Part shown: positions 57,726 to 64,000 of the stretch, one piece after another
How the letters are laid out: every line of letters begins with the position of its first letter
How positions within the stretch are numbered: the first letter of the stretch is position 1
Source of the DNA: a virus
Reading direction: 5' to 3' (one strand)
Length of the DNA stretch: 64,000 nucleotides
Virus record (IMG/VR): IMGVR_UViG_3300018080_000139
Span: 31,868-95,867 of that record
The notes under the pieces: generated by a model
What the model was told of the DNA's origin: nothing
Seen by the model: the letters and a program-made list of their open reading frames with translations, nothing else
Databases searched by the model: none
Position numbers and translations under genes: made by a program

Positions 57726-58472
57726 TTAAGTTTGCTGAGCCTTACGCTTTTTCAGCGCTTCGATGCGCTCTTTGGCACTCATGCTCTCCGGCTTCTTCTC
57801 CTCCTGTTCAGTGGGGGAGAAGGGGGGAGCATCGAGGATTCCCAGGAGGCCGGCCTTGTCCAGGAGGGTCTGAATCCTCTCGTCGGAGGGGGCGTTTTGC
57901 GTGTCGAAGCTCGGGGCGGCCTCCAGCCACTCCTCCACCCTGTCGGGGTCTTTGTGGAGGGGGCTGGGGTTTGCGGCCATCCGGACGTCGTAGCGAGTGC
58001 CCTGACGCCCGGTCCCGGTCCGCTCGATTTTCACGTCGCGACCCTTTTCGATGTCGAGGATGTCCCCGTATTCGGGGTCGCAGATGTACCCCAGAATGCC
58101 ATGCATCACGGTCCTTTTCACCTCGGCCCACTGGGGGCCCTCGTCTTCGGCTTTGCGGTCGACCGCGCGGAACAGAAAAACGGTCGAGCCGGCGATTTCG
58201 TAGGCCTCGCTCGACTCCCCCTCCTCCCGCAACTTGCTGACCACATCGCAGACGGCGCAAGGCTTGCCGAAGCTTTTGTTACAGAAGACCGGCTCGCCGG
58301 CCACGAAGTGCTTGCGCCTCTCCACGAAAAATTCCTGGTCCTCTTCGGCCGGGATGATGCGCCAGGTGGAGAGGCCGTTTCCGGGGCGGAGGGCCCCGCT
58401 TTTCTTGATTTCTTTGCCGATTCGATCTCTGGTGGCGGCGTATTTCGCCACCAGTTTGTCACTGTACGCCAT
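57726..58472 (-). CDS. Single-stranded DNA-binding protein (gp32-like)
   Basis: RIIP, H...C...CAVC, YGDILD...GRD..I...G.G..TRY. Confidence 0.8.
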   Translation of the reverse strand: MAYSDKLVAKYAATRDRIGKEIKKSGALRPGNGLSTWRIIPAEEDQEFFVERRKHFVAGEPVFCNKSFGKPCAVCDVVSKLREEGESSEAYEIAGSTVFLFRAVDRKAEDEGPQWAEVKRTVMHGILGYICDPEYGDILDIEKGRDVKIERTGTGRQGTRYDVRMAANPSPLHKDPDRVEEWLEAAPSFDTQNAPSDERIQTLLDKAGLLGILDAPPFSPTEQEEKKPESMSAKERIEALKKRKAQQT

Positions 58473-58626
58473 GGTACATCTCCTTTCTTTGGTTTTGCCG
58501 AGCCACCGCCTGCGACGGGCCACAACTTTATGGCGCCTGGCTGTCTCGGTGGCCTTAAACGACGGAAAGAGAAAATCCCACGCCCGGCAAGCGCCGGGGC
58601 GAGAAAGGAAAAAAGGATTCTTCTGC

Positions 58627-58655
58627 ATTATAACAAAATTTCCACAGCAAGTCAA
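58627..58655 (-). promoter_or_regulatory. Sigma70-type promoter for the replication operon
   Basis: TTGACT-17nt-TATAAT. Confidence 0.85.
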
Positions 58656-59087
58656 CTGCTTTGTGAGAATCCGTAAGCAATTGACTTCACTTGATTTCCA
58701 AAATTCTTCTCGCCGGAGCTACCCAAAATCTTACTCCGGAGGAAGGATTTCTTCCATGAGCGCGAGGGCCTCCTCCTCCTCATGACTCCCCGTCTTTGCC
58801 AGCGCATCGACGGGGGCGCCCATGCCTACGTTGTGGCTGGGGATTTCTGCCGTCCCGAAATCGAGATCCCGTCGAAAGAAATGGAAGTGGGGTCGGTCGG
58901 CCAGAGACGAGTTATCGCCGCATTTGATGGAGGAGATGTAACTTCGGACTCAGGAGTCCTGTTGGTCTGATATCCTATTCCCGAAGTTTTTTGACCAACA
59001 AAAAAAGCGCCGGCAATAAACCGACGCTCCAACTCCAAACAGTTCCCCCGAGCCCGGTTTGTTTCCAGGTCCAGGGGAACAAATTCA

Positions 59088-59477
59088 CTATACTTTTTCG
59101 AAGAGGACCATGCCTCCGAGAACGGAGGCAACGCGGTATTTTTCCCCGGTCCTTTTCCCCTCTTCCGTTAAAAATCCCTCTCGGCAGAAGGATCCGAGGG
59201 GCGAATGAGAAAATTCTGGGGAGGGCATAAGATAAAATGTCTCCCCCTCCACTACGGGAAGGCGTGATTTTTTCACGCCTTTCCCGTAGACGTACACCTC
59301 CATGAGCTCTTCGAGCTCTACGAGGCCGCGCCGCCCTCCCTTTCTCCACCAGGGATATTCTAGGGAATACCCCTCTGCTTCGCAGGCCGCCTTGGCGGCC
59401 TCGTAGAAGTCCGGACGGAAGCGAGAAAACTTGTTTTCTCGCTTCTTTTTTTCGCAATAATCTTTGTACGTCTTCAT
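59088..59477 (-). CDS. Hypothetical protein
   Basis: AAGGAG RBS, MKTYKDY start. Confidence 0.65.
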   Translation of the reverse strand: MKTYKDYCEKKKRENKFSRFRPDFYEAAKAACEAEGYSLEYPWWRKGGRRGLVELEELMEVYVYGKGVKKSRLPVVEGETFYLMPSPEFSHSPLGSFCREGFLTEEGKRTGEKYRVASVLGGMVLFEKV

Positions 59478-59615
59478 GGTTGACTCCTTCAGGTTTTGCC
59501 CTTGCGGGCGTTTCACGGTTCGCGGCCTACTCCAGGCCGCACGAATGAACAATCCTTGCCCGGGGGATCCGCCCGGGCTCCATCCCGTACTGCACTCCAT
59601 CACACGCGAGGCTCT

Positions 59616-59888
59616 TCAAGAGCCTCGCGTGAGTCGCTGACGGTCCTTTTCGCACTCCGGGCACTCGTGCCGGTTGTCCAGTGCGGCACTCGGCCATTCT
59701 CGGTCACAGGACACGCACAGGCGGCCCGGACCCCATCCCGGCGCGAGGTCCGCTTCCAGCCGGGACACTTCCGTGCGGGCGTCCATCCACCCGCACCTGT
59801 AGGCAATCGCGTCGAGCATCTCCGCGGCCTGGACCAGGTCGCGGGAAATTTGTTGCAATTCACTGGTTTTCGTGGTATTATACTGCAT
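59616..59888 (-). CDS. Small protein with C-terminal CxxC..CxxC
   Basis: AGGAG RBS; CVSC...CPEC. Confidence 0.6.
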   Translation of the reverse strand: MQYNTTKTSELQQISRDLVQAAEMLDAIAYRCGWMDARTEVSRLEADLAPGWGPGRLCVSCDREWPSAALDNRHECPECEKDRQRLTRGS

Positions 59889-60088
59889 GGTAACACTCCT
59901 ATGTGTTGCAAACCCCTCGGGCGTCCGCCAAGACCTGCCCGCGGGGTTTTGTTGTTTATGGTAACGTAACCCGTATCGACAGGTGAAGACTGCGAACCGG
60001 GACGGACTCCGTGCCCGCACACCGGCGCGGCGATTCCATGTCTTCCGGCATTTCGCTTTCTGCGCCGGTGTGAATTTCGGGAATCATA

Positions 60089-60511
60089 TCACTCATCCCA
60101 ATCTTCCTCTGTGACAATAAGTGCCTGGCCCCGTGAGTCATGGCACAAAAAGATTGCCCTGCACACCTGTTGAGTCTCCTCCTGTAGGCGTGGCAAGATT
60201 TTTATAGCAGATCTTGCGTCTGCCTCGCGCCATACCCACAGGTAATCCCCTGCGGGAAACTGGTGCGAAAATTTTCGTTCCCAGGAGCACTTGTCGAAAA
60301 CTTGCTCCAACAGCGTGGCCTCAGTGCCATCACCTTCTGGAGCTATAATCCCGTGCTCCTCCGCGTAGTTGTCGACGGATTTTTGGGTCACGGTCTTTTT
60401 TCTCCCCATGGACTTTCCGTTTACCAGCCGGCCCTCCTGGGCCAACTGGCTCACGCGGCGAACGGATAGAGAGAGAGTGTCCGCCGCTTCTTGGTAAGTG
60501 AGTAATTTCAT
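60089..60511 (-). CDS. Excisionase/MerR-like HTH protein
   Basis: LLTYQEAADTLSLSVRRVSQLAQEGRL. Confidence 0.8.
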   Translation of the reverse strand: MKLLTYQEAADTLSLSVRRVSQLAQEGRLVNGKSMGRKKTVTQKSVDNYAEEHGIIAPEGDGTEATLLEQVFDKCSWERKFSHQFPAGDYLWVWREADARSAIKILPRLQEETQQVCRAIFLCHDSRGQALIVTEEDWDE

Positions 60512-60602
60512 TAATAGAGTCCTTTCTGCCCGGGCGACCGGGCGGTTTTGGTTACTTGGACAGGTGTCGCAGGGTCGCCGCGGCGACACCTGTCTTTACT
60601 AT

Positions 60603-60630
60603 AGTATAGCACGATTTCCAGAAATTTCAA
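60603..60630 (-). promoter_or_regulatory. Sigma70-type promoter
   Basis: TTGAAA-16nt-TATACT with TG extension. Confidence 0.7.
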
Positions 60631-60655
60631 GAAAAATTTCCAGAAATTTCTAGAA
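60614..60655. repeat. Four ATTTCNAGAA repeats overlapping the -35 (operator candidate)
   Basis: Copies at 60614, 60624, 60636, 60646. Confidence 0.8.
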
Positions 60656-60790
60656 TTATTTTTTGCGACCGGGCGGTAACCGTGACGCGACATCGACTCT
60701 CCCCATCGCCGAGCGAAACAAAAGCAATCCCCCGCAGAGCCTCTCCACTGCATCCAGGTCCCCAAATGACCAAGACATCTCTCCCAAAAA

Positions 60791-61003
60791 TCATCTACAG
60801 TAACGCGGGAGGCTGCTCCCGGTGTTGTCCTCCTGCCAAAGCACCGCCCCCGGATGTTGTTTTTGCAGGTGGCCGCACCAGGTGCATTCGAGCACCACTC
60901 CGCTTCCGCCTGTTTCTTTCGTGCGGTGGTACTCGTGGAATGTCGGCGGCCACCTGCGACACATACCGCACAGCATCACGGTCACGGTGTACGTTTCCCC
61001 CAT
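60791..61003 (-). CDS. Small Zn-ribbon protein
   Basis: CGMC...CTWC; GGAGGAG RBS. Confidence 0.6.
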   Translation of the reverse strand: MGETYTVTVMLCGMCRRWPPTFHEYHRTKETGGSGVVLECTWCGHLQKQHPGAVLWQEDNTGSSLPRYCR

Positions 61004-61206
61004 CACTCCTCCCAAAAATCCGCGAATTCCAGGTCAAGGACATGCGCCAGGCATAGCAGGTTCGACGCTGACGGTTCGCGCTCTCCTCGTTCCCAGCGCA
61101 AAACCGCGGCCCGGTCAACTTCTACCATCGCCGCCAATGTCGCCGGCCGCATTCCGAGTTTTTCCCTTGCCCGGCGTATCGTCCCGGGTATGTCCAATTC
61201 AACCAT
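61003..61206 (-). CDS. XRE/Cro-CI family HTH regulator
   Basis: IRRAREKLGM...LA..V.V....V.RWERGEREPS...L..LA..L; AAGGAG RBS. Confidence 0.88.
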   Translation of the reverse strand: MVELDIPGTIRRAREKLGMRPATLAAMVEVDRAAVLRWERGEREPSASNLLCLAHVLDLEFADFWEE

Positions 61207-61252
61207 GGCTGGCCTACTCCTTTCAAAATCGCAATTGTTGCCACCTGTCAAC

Positions 61253-61281
61253 AGCCTACGACATGTCCCCCGGTTTGTCAA
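61253..61281 (-). promoter_or_regulatory. Sigma70-type promoter for the XRE gene
   Basis: TTGACA-17nt-TAGGCT with upstream T-rich tract. Confidence 0.7.
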
Positions 61282-61370
61282 GTTCCCCCTCCTAAAAAAA
61301 AGAAAAAGAAAAACACAACAACAACACAATCCATCCGAATAGACCGGGCTAGTGCTGTTTGCATTCATGC

Positions 61371-61398
61371 GCCCTCCCATCTCCCGGAGGGCTTTTTT
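61371..61398 (+). terminator. Intrinsic terminator-like hairpin
   Basis: GCCCTCC-8nt-GGAGGGC-T6. Confidence 0.55.
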
Positions 61399-61399
61399 C

Positions 61400-61428
61400 T
61401 TGTGTTGGCACGCCTTTTGTGGTATAAT
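61400..61428 (+). promoter_or_regulatory. Extended -10 promoter, divergent from the XRE promoter
   Basis: TTGTGT-17nt-TATAAT with TG at 61420. Confidence 0.65.
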
Positions 61429-61496
61429 ACAAGCTCTTGCAAAGTTAAGACGCCATGGCCCCCCTTCCCTCGGGGGGCTTTTAGGAGGGGAGAGCC

Positions 61497-61706
61497 GTGA
61501 GGAAATACAACCTGTCAGAGGCCGCCAAGTACCTCGGCGTGACCGATCGGACCGTCCACCGGCGCATTCGCGCGGGGGATTTCCCGGCCGGCCGGGTGAT
61601 CGGGACGATCCGCACAAAGGCGGGGACACTACAACAGCGTGAGTGGACCGAGGACGAGCTAAAAACCGTCGAGAGGCGCACGCCAGGACGCCCCAAGAAG
61701 GATTGA
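61497..61706 (+). CDS. Excisionase/MerR-like HTH protein
   Basis: YNLSEAAKYLGVTDRTVHRRIRAG.FP; C-terminal AT-hook-like PGRPKK. Confidence 0.82.
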   Translation: MRKYNLSEAAKYLGVTDRTVHRRIRAGDFPAGRVIGTIRTKAGTLQQREWTEDELKTVERRTPGRPKKD

Positions 61707-61955
61707 CAAAGTTTGTCATACGTATGACGTATTTTGTCACACTGGCGTAAAGCTTATTATGTAGGCTTTGCGTGTCGCCACAAGAGCAAAAATCAAAAAA
61801 TCGTATGACAAACTTTGTCACCTGTGATTTTTTTTCTTGCAGGCTTACATGCCAAAAACCCACCCCCAGAAAAAACTAAGCACCCTTTAGAGTCCAAATA
61901 ACATGGCGTACAGCGCTTAGGCAAAAAAAATGTCATACGTATGACGTTTTTGGCA
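61704..61955. repeat. AT-rich intergenic array of TGAC-N7-GTCA and GTCATACGTATGAC palindromes
   Basis: TGAC-N7-GTCA at 61704, 61725, 61806; 14-bp palindrome at 61715 and 61932. Confidence 0.8.
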
Positions 61956-62226
61956 CGCAGATTGCGCATAGAATACAGCGCTCTTTGATAATTATATACG
62001 CGCGACGCCGGGGGCCATGAGCCAGATCCCGGCGGGCTGTCCTGAGCCCCGGTCCGGGGCGCGCACGCTTACGGGTTTGCAAGGAGAGTCAGAGTCAAAG
62101 ACCGAGCGCGGGCGAGAATCCCGCGCGCTACCGGGCAGCCGCTTTTGCGGGGCGTCGATGCCGCGAATCGAATTCGCCGCCCGGTTTTCATGCTTGTTCG
62201 TTCCTACTATCTGAAAGGGGTTATCC

Positions 62227-62451
62227 ATGGAAACTATATTCTTCGTTCTCGGTTATGTCCTTCGCACCGTAGCACAAGACACTTTGCTCGCCGCGGCTTA
62301 CACTGGAATCCTCGTCTTCAGCTCTTGGATTCTGATTCTGGCCTTGCGTTCTCCGGAAAACGCACAGCCCGAAGAGATGGCCGGTTGTGTGTGCCGTCTC
62401 TTCCCGATGCTGGGTTTTGTTTTATCCTGGGTCCTGTGGATTTTGGTTTAG
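62227..62451 (+). CDS. Small membrane protein
   Basis: Hydrophobic helices, AAGGGG RBS. Confidence 0.65.
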   Translation: METIFFVLGYVLRTVAQDTLLAAAYTGILVFSSWILILALRSPENAQPEEMAGCVCRLFPMLGFVLSWVLWILV

Positions 62452-62461
62452 GAGTTATGCC

Positions 62462-62776
62462 GTGAGATGCAGCTTCATCGCGGAAGCCATGCTGGAGAGC
62501 ATGGAAGCTGAAATCAGGGAACATAAGGATTTTAAAGCTATGATGCGGCTCGAGGGGGCTCTCCTCGAGCTGCAGGAGGACGGCGACGGGTGCGGGATCG
62601 TCCTCGACGTCGCGATAAGGTACGCCGGGAAAGACGGGGTGGTTTTCGAGGCTTGGAGGTACGACGGGGCCTACTACCTGGACTTGCACTTGTTCGACGA
62701 GTTGTTAGAGGCCTGGAGATACGAGCGCATTCCCGCGGAGGAGCGGAGGCGTCTGGAGTATCGCCATGACGCCTGA
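62462..62776 (+). CDS. Hypothetical protein
   Basis: AGGAG RBS before GTG. Confidence 0.55.
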   Translation: MRCSFIAEAMLESMEAEIREHKDFKAMMRLEGALLELQEDGDGCGIVLDVAIRYAGKDGVVFEAWRYDGAYYLDLHLFDELLEAWRYERIPAEERRRLEYRHDA

Positions 62777-63005
62777 CGAGCGGCGGGCTCGCCGCGAGTA
62801 CTGGGAAAGGGTTGAACGGGAGGACCGGAGGCATCGTCGGAAGATGAGAGCCCGTCTCAAGGCCCACGGCTGGCACTGCTACGGCCGGTCGTGGTTCGCC
62901 CCGAAGGGTTTCTGGTTGCCGGGCCGCCACCCGGGACCCCTCTCTCTCGAGGCCGCTTACAATTTTTCCCACCACCAGGACGTCCCCCGCACGGGGGGAA
63001 GGTAG
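62766..63005 (+). CDS. Small basic hypothetical protein
   Basis: GGAG RBS, overlap with the previous gene. Confidence 0.55.
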   Translation: MTPDERRARREYWERVEREDRRHRRKMRARLKAHGWHCYGRSWFAPKGFWLPGRHPGPLSLEAAYNFSHHQDVPRTGGR

Positions 63006-63153
63006 AAGCTGGCCCCCTCCGGGGGGCCGACGGCTTGTAGTGCCGTTAATACACCATAAAACCAAAACCAACCAACCATCACAAAAGGGGTAAAACCATG
63101 AAAAACCAAACCTGCAACTGCTCCAGGCAATTTTGGAGCAACGAGGATGTGGC

Positions 63154-64000
63154 ATGAAGGATTACTGGCAAAACGAGGCCGTCCGCGCGACGGCCGAAAC
63201 GATCATTTTCGCGCATCGCGCGGCGGCCCCAGTTGAATCGCTCGACCAGCGGGCCCTCGGCGTCCTCGCCGAGAAAGGGTTTATTTCCCTGCGTCAGTAT
63301 CGGGAGTCCGATACGGGTGCCGAGTACCAGATCGCGCGGGCCGAAGACCTCTCCGGACTTCGCGACGTCATCGTATACCCTCGCATCGAAATCTTGGAAG
63401 TCTCCGACAATGGAGATTCCACTTGGCTGGAGGAGCAGGAGGACGGCCGCTTCGACCTCCGGGACTCCAGGATAGCCGGAGCCTTTCGCATTCGGCTGCG
63501 AAAGGACGGCCAAATTCCTGGAAACCGGAAACTTCCGAGTGAATACGAGGGGGAGCTGAGAAACCTCCTCGCCCGGCACTGGAAAACGAAGGACCCTGAA
63601 AGAGTAAGGGGACACTACTGCGACGGGAGCGACGCCATGCGCGTCGAGTGCCCCAGGTGCGGGGGGACCGGCCGCCATTCGTACTGCTCCCTCTTTCGTG
63701 ACGTTTGTTTCCAGTGCGAAGGCCGGCGGACCGTCCTCGTTCGTTGGAAGTCTTACGCCGAGACGAACGCGCGCCGGCGTAAATCTCTTCTCAACCGGAT
63801 TGAGAAAGCCATCGCCCTCGCCTCCGAGGAGCGCAAGGGCTTTCTGGGCGAAGTCGACCGAATTATAACTTTCGAAGCCGAAGTGATCGAGATCAAGGAA
63901 ATTGAGCCGATCGAGGGACGGCCCCCGGTGAAGCTCGTGCGGGTCTCCTCGATCCCTACAGGGCACCGGGCTGGCTTCTTCGCCCGCGCCGATGCCGCGA
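63154..64000 (+). CDS. Hypothetical protein with DnaJ-like CxxCxGxG Zn finger (3' truncated, not in ORF track)
   Basis: Open from ATG 63154 to the window end; CPRCGGTG...CFQCEG. Confidence 0.7.
   Translation, partial: MKDYWQNEAVRATAETIIFAHRAAAPVESLDQRALGVLAEKGFISLRQYRESDTGAEYQIARAEDLSGLRDVIVYPRIEILEVSDNGDSTWLEEQEDGRFDLRDSRIAGAFRIRLRKDGQIPGNRKLPSEYEGELRNLLARHWKTKDPERVRGHYCDGSDAMRVECPRCGGTGRHSYCSLFRDVCFQCEGRRTVLVRWKSYAETNARRRKSLLNRIEKAIALASEERKGFLGEVDRIITFEAEVIEIKEIEPIEGRPPVKLVRVSSIPTGHRAGFFARADAA

Larger units (their letters stand above)
1..64000. mobile_element. Bacteriophage (contractile-tailed, T4-like head module) genome segment, incomplete at both ends
   Basis: Capsid, portal, terminase, sheath, tube, baseplate, fibres and a replication module; no host housekeeping genes. 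Confidence 0.97.

Noticed and set aside
59448-59477. MKTYKDYCE start resembling the T4 capsid-targeting sequence
   Set aside because: Single short match in an early-strand gene; likely chance
1-64000. tRNA/rRNA genes and integrase
   Set aside because: No cloverleaf, rRNA or recombinase motifs recognised by eye; tRNAscan-SE and HMM searches were not run

Overview
The whole window is part of a tailed phage with a contractile tail (myovirus-like, GC-rich). It is cut inside ORFs at both ends. The + strand (1-48.5 kb) is one long late-type array. It starts with multi-winged-helix proteins, a patatin phospholipase, and an FHA-GAF-(dead PP2C) gene coupled to a Ser/Thr kinase. Next come a T4 gp21-like prohead protease fused to a scaffold, a gp23-like major capsid protein, neck, sheath, tube, tape measure, baseplate and a mosaic tail-fibre cluster. 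It ends with a lipoprotein, a SWIM-finger protein, a papain-like protease, terminase, a gp20-like portal and a GroES-like co-chaperonin. The - strand (48.5-61.2 kb) carries small early genes and a replication module (SSB, resolvase, DnaB-like helicase, primase, DEDD exonuclease, SF2 helicase; no polymerase seen) under sigma70-type promoters. A divergent XRE-HTH/excisionase-like switch with repeat arrays lies at 60.5-62 kb. Most notable points: (1) a phage-borne eukaryote-like signalling pair whose FHA and phosphatase functional residues are substituted; (2) no recognisable peptidoglycan hydrolase, but an intact phospholipase and a cysteine protease; (3) candidate capsid-targeted winged-helix proteins, one hidden behind a frame change. 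All family assignments are from motifs recognised by eye; no database searches were run.
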